From the NCBI RefSeq assembly GCF_963921235.1, contig NC_086097.1:21392001-21456000 (forward strand): DNA of 64,000 nt, read 5' to 3'. This stretch comes from Mobula hypostoma. Lineage: Eukaryota. Position numbers and translations under genes: made by a program. Below the pieces are notes generated by a model, which was not told the origin of the DNA, searched no databases, and saw nothing but the letters and a program-made list of their open reading frames with translations. Of the stretch, positions 23,806 through 35,929 are shown piece by piece (the first letter of the stretch is position 1; each line of letters begins with the position of its first letter).

Positions 23806-24396
23806 ATTAAGATTGTTATAGCCAGGGTAGTAATAGGGACAAACTCCCACTACCAGTTAAATGTTCCCAGTGGCGTGTGCCTCCTGGCCTTCACATGTAG
23901 CTTAGCTACTGAGCCTAGTGGAACCGTTTCTACTGACAGGAAAAGGAGTAAAGCAGGTTACTGGTGCCTTAAAACCAGTCGCTTCGGGCATATGGGCTGT
24001 GTTTTCAGCTGCGGTTGGCAGCTCATTTAGGAGAAGGAAAACTGATCTCTAACCTCCGCTGCCTTGTGGTTATACTCACTCATGGGAAAGGCTTCGGGAG
24101 TGAGCCCCAAGGGAAATACCCAGAGCCGGCATCCCTGAGGCAGTCCTGCATTGAGTTCAACACTGACACAGTGGCAACTCCCGCAATGCTGTTGGTACCA
24201 AACTATATCGGTCCCTGCTGTTGCTTTCAAACTATATCGGTCCCTGCTGTTGATTTGGATTCATCAGATGCGTGGATAAGGGGGAGCTTGCAAATGGGCA
24301 GCAGCTTTCTCTCCATATCGTACTGCCCAGACTTGCATATCTAGACAGCTAGGATGCGCGATCCATGGTCGACCCTGACCGACGGAGACCTCACTC
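23806..24396. mobile_element. Non-coding non-autonomous retroelement, probably RTE-related
   Basis: About 590 bp flanked by 14-bp duplication ATACTGCATACATA (23792-23805, 24397-24410) inside a LINE tail; family assignment from recall only. Confidence 0.6.
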
Positions 24397-24639
24397 ATAC
24401 TGCATACATACTTTGATAATAAACATACTTTGAACCTTTGAAACGTTAAGTGCCTGCAAGAAAATGACATCTGGACAATGAAGATGTATACATTAGGATG
24501 CTGTTCATTGACTACAACTCAGCATTCAACACAATCATCCTCTCAAAACTTATCACTAACCTCCAAGACCTGGATCTTGTTACTTCTCTGTGCAACTGGA
24601 TCCTTGATTTCCTCACTTGCAGACAACAATCTTTTGGCA

Positions 24640-25265
24640 GAAAGATTTTGGCACATTGGCCTTCATAAATCAAAGTATTGAATACAGGAGATTGGATATT
24701 ATGTTGAAGTTGTATAGGATGCTGGCGCGGCCTAATTTGGAGTATTCTGTGCAGTTTTGGTCACAAAAAGGTAGATAGAGTGCAGAGAAAAAATATAAGG
24801 GACGTTGCCAGGTTTGGAGGACCTGAGGTGTAAGGAAAGATTGAATAGGTTAGGACTTTATTGCTTAGAATGTAGGAGATTGAGAAAAGATTTGATAGAG
24901 ATATACAAAGTTATGAAGGGTACAGGTATGGTAAATGCAAGCAAGGCTTTTTCCACTTAGGTTGGATGGGACCACAACCAGGGGTCAAAGGTCAAGAGTG
25001 AAAGATGAGAAGTTTGAGGGAACATGGGGGGAAACGTCTTCACTCAGAGGGTCGTGAGAGAAATGAGCTGCCCGCACAAGTGGTGCACGTGAGCTCGATT
25101 TCAATATTTCAGAGAAATTTGGATAAGTACATGGATAGTTGGGATATGGAGGGCTATGGTCCAGGAGCAGTTCAATGGAGTAGGCAGTTCGAATGGTTTT
25201 GACATAGACTAAATGGGCTGAAGGGCCTGTTTCTGTGCTGTGCTTCTTTATGACTCTATGACTCC
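24640..25265 (+). mobile_element. CR1 LINE 3' end
   Basis: MLKLYRMLARPNLEYSVQFWS; (CTATGACT)n-type tail. Confidence 0.85.
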
Positions 25266-25498
25266 AACTTTATGTAGATTTGGTATGTGACCTAAAACTC
25301 TGACAGACTTCTATAGATGTACAGTGGAGAGTATCCTAACTGGTTGCATCATGGCCGGGCGTGAAAATATCTATTCTAAGAACGGAAAAGTCTGCAGAAT
25401 GTTGTGAATACAGCCTAGTTTATCACAGGCAAAGCCATCCCCACCTTTGAGGACTTTTACATGTATTACATGAACCAAACAGCCATCACCAAGGATAC

Positions 25499-25762
25499 GT
25501 GCTGTCTTCCCACTGTACATCGGGCAGGAAGTACAGAAGCTATAATTTGTACAGGACGAGGTGCAGAAACAGTTATTACCACGTAGGCCGTGCCATCTTC
25601 CCACTGTACATCAGGCAGGAAGTACAGAAGCCATAATTCGTACAGGATGAGGTGCAGAAACAGTTATTACCACGTAGGCCGTGCCATCTTCCCACTGTAC
25701 ATCAGGCAGGAAGTACAGAAGCCATGGTTTGCACAGGACGAGGTGCAGAAACAGTTATTACC
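25499..25762 (+). repeat. 91-bp tandem triplication within a Rex-Babar 3' end
   Basis: Units start at 25499, 25590 and 25681 (..TCTTCCCACTGTACATC.GGCAGGAAGTACAGAAG..). Confidence 0.9.
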
Positions 25763-26008
25763 CTGTCACCTTCAGGCTCTTGAACCAACGTGGATAACTT
25801 CACTCACCTCAACACTGATCTGATTCCAGAATGGATGGACTTATTTTCAAGGACTCCACAACTCATGTTCTCAGAATTATTTTCTTTTTATTTGTACACT
25901 ATGCCTTCTTTTGCACATTGTTTTTTGTCAGTCTTTGTTTTCCATAAGTTCTATTGCATTTCTTTGTTTTCCTGTAAATGCCCACAAGAAAATGAATCTC
26001 ATGGTATA

Positions 26009-26535
26009 TACTCAGTGGTCACTTTATTAGGTGCACTTGTCCATCTGCTCTTTAATGCAAATATCTAATCACGTGGCAGCAACTCAATGCATCAAAGCAT
26101 GCAGGCATGGTCAGGAGGTTTAGTTATTGTTCAGAACAAACATCAGAATGGGGAAGAAATGTGATTTAAATGACTTTGACCGTGGATTGATTGTTAGTGT
26201 AAGACAGGTGGTTCATGTATCTCAGAAACTGCTGATCTCCTGAGATTTTCGTGCACAATAGTCTCTGGTGTTTACAGTGAACGGTGCAAAAAACAACAAC
26301 ATCCAGTGAGTTGCAGTTCTGTGGGCCAAAGCACCCTGTTAATGAGAGAGGTAAAAGGAGAATGGCCAGACTGGAAGGTGACAGTAACTCAGATAACCAT
26401 GCATTACAAAAGTGGTGTGCAGAAGAACATCTCTGAACACTCAACACATCGGATCTTGAAGTGCATAGGCTACAACAGCAGAACACGAACGTACACTCAG
26501 GTACCGGAGGTAACTAATAAAGCGGCCAATCAGTG
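26009..26535 (+). mobile_element. Complete non-autonomous Tc1 derivative
   Basis: TA|TACTCAGTGGTCACTTTATTAG ... CTAATAAAGCGGCCAATCAGTG|TA: TIRs with TA flanks. Confidence 0.85.
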
Positions 26536-26852
26536 TATGTACTTTGACTTTGAACTGTCAAATTAAAATAAGTCAAAATAAGAGGGGGATCGACTATTTG
26601 CTAATTTGACATTGAGTACATTTGCCCTTTCTTTGAAGGAAATCCCATCAGCCCTTGAATTCTCTAGCCCTGTGGAACTTGGGCTTAGTCAACTCATTTA
26701 TTCCAGGAAACAACTTGTTGAACTAAATTGGTCTTGTCTCCAATCCAGGCATATCCTTCCTTAAGTATGGAGAACAAAACTGTACACGGTAGTTGAATGC
26801 AGTCTCACTCTGTAAAGTTGTATCAAAACTTTCAATTTTATATGCTCTATAC

Positions 26853-27163
26853 CAGTGGCCCCCAATCTCCAGGCAGCGGACCAATACATTGCCACAAAGA
26901 ATGCAGCAGTGCAGTGGTGGCCGGAACGCACCCAGCACATTTTAAAGAAAAAAGCCAAAATAAACAAGCTAATTAATTAGATGCTGCCTGGCATGTAAAT
27001 GTCGGCCCAGATCAGTGGCAACAATCGTGCGGCACCTAATTAATTAGCTTGTTTATTTTGGCTTTTTTCTTAAAGGTGTGCTGGGTGTGTTCTGGCTACC
27101 ACTGCACACCTGCATTCTTCGCGGCAATGTATCGGTCCGCGGCCCGGAGGTTGGGGACCACTG
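26853..27163. mobile_element. Palindromic hAT MITE, 311 bp
   Basis: About 135-bp inverted arms from CAGTGGCCCCCAA to TTGGGGACCACTG; 8-bp TSD CTCTATAC / TTCTATAC. Confidence 0.93.
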
Positions 27164-27844
27164 TTCTATACTCCCTGGAATAAAAAGTTTTATTTGGGAA
27201 GCCATGCTTTAATTTGAAAAGCTCGTCTACCCATGTTCCTAACTAATTGTTTCTCGTGCATTTGGGCTTCCAAATCTTCTTGTACCACAACACTTCTTCA
27301 TCTCACTCAGTTTAAGTAACAATGTAGTTTTCTTTTTCCCTTCCCAAGTGGCTAACTTCAATTTTTCCATGTTATATCACCTCTGCTGCTTTCTTGCCCA
27401 TTCGCTTCACCGTTCTATACATACTTGTAGACTCTTTGTATCATCCTCACAACTTCTGAGCCCACCTATTTTGTATTAGCAGAAATTCTGGCTACAGTAC
27501 AGTGCCTTCATCCACGTAGAGAGTGCATCAGATATGGATTAGAAGTGTGAGAGGTTATTCTGTTGAAATGTGTAACTTCTGAGGTGACTGACGGTCTGGA
27601 AGGTGAAAAGACAGTAATTTAGAACTACGAGGGATTTTGTCGGAATGAATGTCTATTGAGGAATGAAAAACAAAGGGGGACCCATCTCAGGGTCAGATGA
27701 ACCATTATTGAATGGTGGAATAGTTGGGATGTGCCAGCGGCCTTTTATCCGTTGTCTCTCTCATTGCTCGTGTCAAAGGCAAGGTCGAATTCATTGCCAT
27801 ATGCCTGCACAGGTACAACAAAAACCTGACTCGCAGCACCAACA

Positions 27845-28175
27845 GAGGCGGATAACAGCATGGTAGAGTAATGGTTAGCATAATGCTGTTATAGCCCCAG
27901 CGTTTACAGATCAAGGTTCAATTCCCACTGCTGTCTGTAAAGTGTTTGTATATTCTCCCAATGATCGCGTGGGTTTCCTCCGGGTGCTCCTGTTTACTCC
28001 CACATTACAAAGCCGTGTGGTTAGGGTTAGGATTAGTGAGTTGCAGCCATTATATATTAGTGCCAACACTTATGGGCTGCTCAGCACAACCTTGCTGATT
28101 TGATGCAAATGACACAATTCACTGCGTGTTTCAATGTTTTGCTGTATATGTAACAAATAAAGCTAATCTTAATCT
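27845..28175 (+). mobile_element. V-SINE
   Basis: tRNA-like head (GGTTCAATTCC) and V-domain GCGTGGGTTTCCTCCGGGTGCTCC..TCCCACA. Confidence 0.8.
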
Positions 28176-28539
28176 TAAACACAACATTCACAAGAAAACC
28201 ATACACAGGCTGAAGAGATTTAATTTAATTTGGCAAGATGCCGTGGGGCGCAGGGCCTGTTCCTGGGCTGCATGGTTCTATCTTCCAAGCATAGATCATA
28301 CAAAATTATACAAGAAAGAACACAATTCAAAAAAAAATAAACAGAGTCCTTTGTAGTGCAGGGTGGTCATAGTGTTGTGGAGGCATGCGCAGAATTGTTC
28401 AAAAACTGAATGGTTGAAAGGTAAGTAGCTGTTATTGAACCTGGTGGTGTGGAACTCCTGGCTCCTGCCCAATGGCAGCTACATGAAACTTGGTGCTAAA
28501 TATTATCTGAAACACTCCCATGAAACATCTTGAGACATC

Positions 28540-28965
28540 AGGTTGGTAGCCTCCAACCTAATGGCATGAATATTGATTTCTCGTTATGGTAAAAATAATT
28601 CTTCCCCCTTCCCTCTTCCTCTGTTCTCCAGCTTGACCTTTTACCTCTTCTCTTCTCTCCTGCCTATCACTTCTCCCTGGGTCCCCTCCTCCTTTCCTTT
28701 CTCCTCTCCTACCAGATTCCTTCTTCTCCAGTCCTTGAACTTTCCCACTCACCCGGTTTCACCCATCACCTTCCAGCTGGCCTTTTTCCCCTTCTTCTTA
28801 TTCTGGCATCTTCCCTCCTTCTTTCCAGTCCTGAAGAAGAGTCTTGGCCTGAAACATTGACTGTTTATTCATTTCCATAGATGCTGCCTGGCCTGCTTGA
28901 GAGCCCCCAGCATTTGTGTGTGTGACTTTAGGTTTCCAGCATCTGCAGACTTTCTCATGTTTATA
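28540..28965 (+). mobile_element. Penelope 3' end/pLTR
   Basis: GSLQPNGMNIDFS, pyrimidine tract, degenerate hammerhead at about 28827-28863. Confidence 0.82.
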
Positions 28966-29724
28966 TCTTGAGATATTTGACTACACTGAAAGCATTAAAT
29001 GCTAATCCTCTCGTTACCCAGCTATGAGCGTTGACCAATTTATCCATGTATGCATGTAAACAGCCTTAACCTTGAATATTGTCTAGTCTTCTCTCTGCTC
29101 TAACAAGCAGTGTCCTCAGTTTCTTTGTGACCAAAGGTTGCATTTCAACTTCTAGCCTGGAGTATCTACAAAGCTAAAAACCTTAAAGCTTCTCTGCTAT
29201 GCCTGTCAAAGGCTGTTTGCTCAAAAGTGTCACTTCCGAGAGATCACACCTGAATGTGCCAGACATCTGCCAAACTACTGTGAATATTTCACTTATGCAA
29301 ACTATTGACTAAAAAGGAAAGAATCTCAAATAGCAAAGAATATCAATTAATAACAAGAAACCCAACAGCAAAGTATACAAATATAAAACCTAAAAAGATA
29401 CGTAATTGAGCAGGAGTGTCTTGGACGAGGTATCGGGAACATGGAACGGAGAATAGTACAGTACAGAGTACGGGCCCTTTGGCCCATGATATGCTGACCT
29501 GTTAACCTATACCAAGATCAACCTAACCCTTCCTGCCCACATAGTCCCCTCCCCCTCTTATTTTTCCATTTTACTCTCATCCATATGCCTATAAATCTTT
29601 TAAATGTCCCGAATGTATTTAGGGATATTTAGTGTTTGGGCGTCTAACAATGTCCAAAGCAATTATTGTTGGTATCTGTCACTCTTTTCCCTTCTTCGCA
29701 TTCCCCTCCATGCTCCCGCCTCTT

Positions 29725-30345
29725 AACAACAGACAAAATGCTGGGGGAGCTCAGCTGGCCAGGCAGTATCTATGGAGGGGAATAAATAGTCGACTTTTCG
29801 GGCCAAGACCCTCAATCTGGACTGGAAAGGAGGGGGAGGGAAGGAGCCAGCATGAGAAGGTGGGGGAGGAGAAGGAATACAAGCTGGCAGGTGGAGCCAG
29901 GTGATGGAAGGTGAGTATATGGGGGGGGGGGGGTGGAGTAAGAAGCTGGAAGGTGATAGGTGAAAAAGGACTGAACAAGAAGGAATCTGATAGGAGAGGA
30001 GGGTGGACCATGGGAGGAAGGGAAGGAGAGGCACCAAGATGAGATGAGATGATGGGCAGGTGAGGAGAGGAGAAGAGAAGTGAGTAAGTATGGGGAATTG
30101 AAAAAGAGGTCAGGGGAAGGGGGAGGAATTCCCGGAGAAAAATCAATGTTCATGCCGTCAGGTAGAAGCTATCCAGATGGAACATGAGGTGTTGCTCCTC
30201 CAACCCGAGTGGCCTCATCGTAGCAGTAGAGGAGGCCATGGACCAACATGTTGGAATGGAAAGTGGAATTAAAATGGATGGCTGCTGGGAAATCCCATTT
30301 GTTATGGGAAATGGAGCGAAGGTGCTCGATGAATCGGTCTTCCAA
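29725..30345 (-). mobile_element. Penelope 3' end/pLTR
   Basis: Reverse-strand LEEQHL..LLPDGMNIDFS plus pLTR. Confidence 0.82.
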
Positions 30346-30529
30346 GCTATGTTGGATCTCTCCTGTCTCCTTTCTGTGTCTAACCCAGGCTGCTTGAAGC
30401 CCTGACTTTCAGTTTGACCCTGTGGTGGTGTTTTTGACCACTAATCTTCTCTGTCACCATAAACCCATTCTTCCATCTCCATGGGACCATGCACCACCTC
30501 TGCTCTGCTGTGCTGAAGCCTTAATTTCT

Positions 30530-30830
30530 GCTTGTTTGCTTCAGTACTTGACTCTTACAATGCGCAGCTGGTCTGCCTCTCTCCCACCCTCAGTTTAACA
30601 GTGATCAGCTACCAACTGATGCCTAGATTGTAACTCTCAACATCTGTTCGCCTAACACTTCTGTGCTCACTGACCTACATTGACTGCTGCTTCGAGAACT
30701 CTTTGAATTTAACATTTTCATCCCCATTTTCAAATCCCTCCATGGGATTGTCCCCCTCTGTCTCAGTTACCACCAGTCCTTTAAAATCTTCCTGCTCCTC
30801 TACTTTCAATCACTCACGATCGGTAGATGT
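30530..30830 (+). mobile_element. Old L2 LINE 3' fragment
   Basis: CTGTGCTCACTGACCTACATTG..TTTTCAAATCCCTCCATGG (VLTDLH..FKSLHG). Confidence 0.6.
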
Positions 30831-31442
30831 GGTATAAATTTTGGGAGGGTTTTTCACTCTCGTGGACTGTGGGAAGATTTTACATGCCACCCTATTACAG
30901 TACATACCGTCCCTGGATTTCAAATACCTGAACTATGGACACCCCTGTATACTTGTTCCAAGGGATCAGTGGAGAATGTTCTGATGAGTTGCATCACTGT
31001 CTTGTATGGAGGTGCCAATGCAGAGGATTTATTGTTGTAACTTATACTGTAGTGAATTTGTATACTTTGTACTGTACTGCTGCCACAAAACAACAAATTT
31101 CAAAACATATGTCAATGGTACACCTGTTTCTGATTCCTATTCTTTGTGTCTATGTCCATAGTCTCCTGAAAGTGGCTGTACAGGTTGATGGAGTGTATGG
31201 TATGAAGAAGATGGAGTACATGGTATAAAGAAGGCATATGTTATGTTTGTCTGTTTTAATTGAGGCATTGAGTTCAAGAGTCAGGAAATTATGATGCAGG
31301 TTCATAAAACTCTGGTTAGGCTGCATCTGGAATGCTACATTCAATTCCAGTTGCCCCTTATTTAGGAAGGATGTGAAACCTTTGGAGAACGTGCAGAAAA
31401 GGTACCTGGATGTTGCCTGGATTAGAGCGCATGTGCTATAAC

Positions 31443-32218
31443 ACATGCAGATGGAGTTCAACCCGGAGAAGTGGGAGGTGGTACACTTTGGAAGGACAAA
31501 CTCCAAGGCAGAGTACAAAGTAAATGGCAGGACACTTGGTAGTGTGGAGGAGCAGAGGGATCTCGGGGTGGATGTCCACAGATCCCTGAAAGTTGCCTCA
31601 CAGGTGGATAGGGTAGTTAAGAAAGCTTATGGGGTATTAGCTTTCATAAGTTGAGGGATAGAGTTTAAGAGTCACAATGTAATGATGCAGCTCTATAAAA
31701 CTCTGGTTAGGCCACACTTGGAGTACTGTGTCCAGTTCTGGTTGCCTCACTATAGGAAGGATGTGGAAGCATTGGAAAGGGTACAGAGGAGATTTACCAG
31801 GATGCTGCCTGGTTTAGAGAGTATGCATTATGATCAGAGATTAAGGGAGCTAGGGCTTTACTCTTTGGAGAGAAGGAGGATGAGAGGAAACATGATAGAG
31901 GTGTACAAGATAATAAGAGGAATAGATAGAGTGGACAGCCAGCACCTCTTCCCCAGGGCACCACTGCTCAATACAGGAGGACATGGCTTTAAGGTAAGGG
32001 GTGGGAAGTTCACGGGGGATGTTACTCAGAGAGTGGTTGGTGCGTGGAATGCACTACCTGAGTCAGTGGTGGAGGCAGATACACTAGTGAAGTTTAAGAG
32101 ACTACTAGACAGGTATATGGAGGAATCTAAGATGGGGGCTTATATGGGAGGCAGGGTTTGAGGGTTGGCACAACATTGTGGGCCAAAGGGCCTGTGCTGT
32201 GCTGTACTATTCTATGTT
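31443..32218 (+). mobile_element. Young CR1 3' fragment nested in an older CR1 (about 31150-32570)
   Basis: ORFs 31445-31654 and 31682-32161 (LYKTLVRPHLEYCVQFW); flanking duplication CTATAAC (31436-31442, 32219-32225). Confidence 0.9.
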
Positions 32219-32904
32219 CTATAACGAGAGATTAGACAGTCTTGGGTTGTTTTCCTTAGACTGGCAGAGGCTGAGAGGATATTTGATAGAAGTTTATAAG
32301 ATTTCCAGAGGCATAGATGGAGTAGACAGCTGGTTTCTTTTCCCTAGGGCTGAAATATCTAATACATTTAAGGTTAGAGAGAGTAACTCAAAGGAGATGT
32401 GCAGACCAAGTCCTTTTTGTACAGAGTTGTGGGTGCCTGGAATGCACTGCCAGGAGTGGTGGTGGAGGCAATTACAACCGAAGCATTCAAAAGGGCACAT
32501 GAACATGCTTAGGATGGAGGAATATGAAATTGTGCAGACACGGGGATTAGTTTAGTTAGCATGACACTACTAGTTTAATGACAAGGTAACACAGAAAATG
32601 CTGGAGGAACTCAGCAGGTCAAGAAACATCTTTGGAAGGGAATAAACAGTTGATGTACAGCAACTGTAACGAAAACCAATTCCCCCTGGGATCAATAAAG
32701 TATGACTATGACTATGACTATGTTTCAGGCTGTGGGGATCATGCGTAGAGGAGAAGTTAAGCTCGTAAATGTACTGAATGCCCAAGCAGACTTGAGGTGG
32801 CCGCCTCCTCCTCCTATTTTCTTGTGTTCCCTCCTCAGCTGCTGCCTGACCTGATAAGTATCTCCAACACATTTTGCTTTTATTTCAGATTTCCAGCATC
32901 TGCA

Positions 32905-33470
32905 ATTTTGGAATTGGGGGACCGCTTTGACAAGCCCCTCTGCTCCATCCACCAAAAGCTGAATATCCCAGTGACCAACCGTTTTAATTCCTATCCCTAT
33001 TCCTGAGGCCACTCACAGGGTGGAGCAGCAAATCCTCATATTCCGTCGTATAGCCTCCAACTAATGGCATGAACATCAATTTCTCCTTCCAGTAATTTTT
33101 TCCTTATTCCTTCTTTCCTCTTCTTCTATTCTGCACTTTGGCCTCTTACCTCTTCTCCTTACCTGCCTATCCACCTCCCCTAGTGCCCCTCCTTCTTCCT
33201 TTCCTCTCAGGGTCCACTCAGATTTCTCCAGCCCTTTACCTTCCCCACCCAACTATCATCTTCTAGCTTGTCCTCCTTCCCCTCTCCTCAATTTTTGTTC
33301 TGGCATTACCCCCACTCCACCCCCGCAGTCCTGTTGAAGGGTCTCGGCAGGAAACGTTGACTGTTTATTCATTTCATTTCTATAGATGCTGCCTTTCTTG
33401 CTGAGTTCCTCCAGCATTTTGTGTGTGTGTGTGTTGCTCAAGATTTCCAGCATCTGCAGGATGACTTGTG
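32905..33470 (+). mobile_element. Penelope GIY-YIG remnant plus pLTR
   Basis: LGDRFDKPLCSIHQK, LQLMA and pLTR with degenerate hammerhead at about 33327-33363. Confidence 0.82.
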
Positions 33471-34236
33471 TCCAAACGACTTTGCTGGTTATTTGGTATT
33501 GCAGTTAAAATGACTTTTCTGTTTATTGACACAATACCCTTGAAACAACCATGTCCTGTGAAAGTACATATCTTTACAACTGGACCTGACAGTTTCACAA
33601 CAGGCCTGAGGTACAGGGCTTTTGTCTAAGACTCTGCTTTGACTGAAGTACACAAAATTATTATTTATTTCACCATCTGATGTGAACAGGCCTTATCAAG
33701 TAGAAGTGGCGATGTGTCTCAGTGATAAGTGTGACGTTGTCTCAGAGTCTTTCATCATGTAATCTACATGTTTGATCCATGGCTAGAGAACCACAGACCC
33801 GGAATATATTAGTGGTCCTAAGCATGTGAAAATGTATCTTCTTCTGTCAGTGTTTGGAAGCTCACCCACTGCATAGAGAAGGGTCCTTTCTAATTAGTCT
33901 GGGTGTAGATCGTATCACTGAAGGAGGAGGAGATTTAAAGCTGGACCTGCAGCCAATAGTCCATTTTTAGCATTGCAACCTACGTTACAACACTTTAACC
34001 TGGAATTCAGGGTCCCATCTTCACCTAGTCTGGGGCTGATACCAAAGACTGAAACCCAAAGATTGAATGGAAGTCCAGAAGTTGAAGCCCAGTGGCTGGA
34101 GAATGGAGACGGGAGCTGGAGACCTGAGAATGGAGGCCTGTCTGGAGTTGGAGGACTGTTCGTGTGTGCAGGTTTGGTAGGAGGGAGGAAAGGGCTTGTT
34201 TTGCTGTTGTTGATTTGTTGATTTGTTGCTTGTTGC

Positions 34237-34888
34237 TGTTGTGCTCATTATTGAGGGATAGTGCAGGGCACACCAGGACGCCAGCTTGCAGGATAGTCAA
34301 CCGATCTATATTGACAACCCTGCTTGTACAGCACGTGAACTCCTCCCTTATGGAGGTGGCTAACTGGGTAGCACAGGAATAGCAATATTAGCTACCACTA
34401 CATTTCTCCTTCTTGGGGAAAAAATACTTAGGAATCTACTTCTTGTCCACAGAACTGCATTGAAATTATCGTCACTGAAATTGAGCGATTCAGTTCACTT
34501 AACCTATAGTATGCAACTTATACTCCTTACATAAACATAAAAAGGAATTGCCAACATTATAACTGTCTTTCTCTTTGTTTTTAATGGTCTCCCTCTCACT
34601 TTGTTTTCCTTCATTTTTCCCCCAATTCCTTTTCCCTTTAGAACAGTGTAAATTCTTTTTTGTTGGGGATCTCACTTGGTCTGTGGTGCCAATTCATCGA
34701 CGAGCAACCGCTTTTAACACCATGTTGTGTTCAGTATTGAGGGCTAGTGCAGAGCACACCAAGACACCTGCATGCAGGCTATTCAAATGAACTTTGTTGA
34801 CAACCCAGATCGTACAGTATGTGAACTCCTCCCATGTGAGAGTGACTAACTGAGAGGCATAGGAATGGTACTATTAACTACTACTACA
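34237..34888 (-). mobile_element. Miniature non-autonomous LTR retrotransposon (TRIM-like)
   Basis: Two 166-bp TG..CA LTRs (34237-34402, 34723-34888); minus-strand PBS TGGTGTTAAAAGCGG adjacent to the 5' LTR; PPT AAGAAGGAGAAA; 5-bp TSD GTTGC / GTTGT. Confidence 0.88.
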
Positions 34889-35929
34889 GTTGTGTTCTGC
34901 ATTGTTCTGCCATGCCTTGTGGGCATGGTATGTTGGTGCCAGAATGTGTGGCAGCAAATGCGGGGCTGCCCCTGCATGTCCCTAAGGCGAGTTTGTTGTC
35001 AACGCAAATGACACATTTCACTGTATGTTTCGATGTACGTGTGATAATTAACTCTGAATCTGAACACTTGCTACGGCTCAAATATGTGTGATATACTGTG
35101 CAGTGCAGTGGTTGCTACTGGGCCAGTAATTGAGAAAGCCGCACTGACAATCTTGAGTGATAGGAATGCTCAATACCTCAATGCTGAGGTGGAAGGAAGG
35201 GTTTAGAATGATATGGGACAATCACAAGCAAATAGCATCATTGTCATACAGCATGGAAACAGGCCGGTTGGCCCAACTTCTCATCTTGATAAAGATAAAA
35301 TTAAAGATGTGCTTCACTTGTCAGGTGTACATTGAAACATACACTGAAATGCACCACTTGCGTTGTTAGATTCCAAGGTTCTTTTGGAGATCAGGAATTA
35401 GGCACAAAAATTGATGCTTCAAGATCGTTTTGTTAAGCAATAATAGAACAGAGAAATTTGAAAGCTGGACAGTGACAAAGGTCTAGAAATTGAATGGGGA
35501 GAGAAGGCATTGAATGGTGGAACCTTGTGGTCAGCTCTTGAAACCACAGAAACAAGAAACGTTCCATTTAATTTCGCAGATAAGAGTCAACCAATCTGAC
35601 AGCCCCAATTCAAATAATGCAATACCAAGAGAACTATCCAGAACTTGCAAGGAACTGTAACTACTAGGCAACACACCGAACAAGTGCCTGTACATATTGT
35701 GGCCACTGGGAAACAGCTACGTGTATATAAGTAGTAATAAAAATACAAGCATGTAATTAATTGTTAGACTACAAAGAAAATGACAATTAAACAGTCCAAT
35801 CCAACAATTCACCCCTTTGATTCTAAATCACACATTTAGAATCATTACATTGAAATTGCAGAGGCAGAAAAAACTCGTGTAATCAATGTTAAGTATAAAA
35901 TAATCAAAAATTACTTCTGTTAGGAAATA

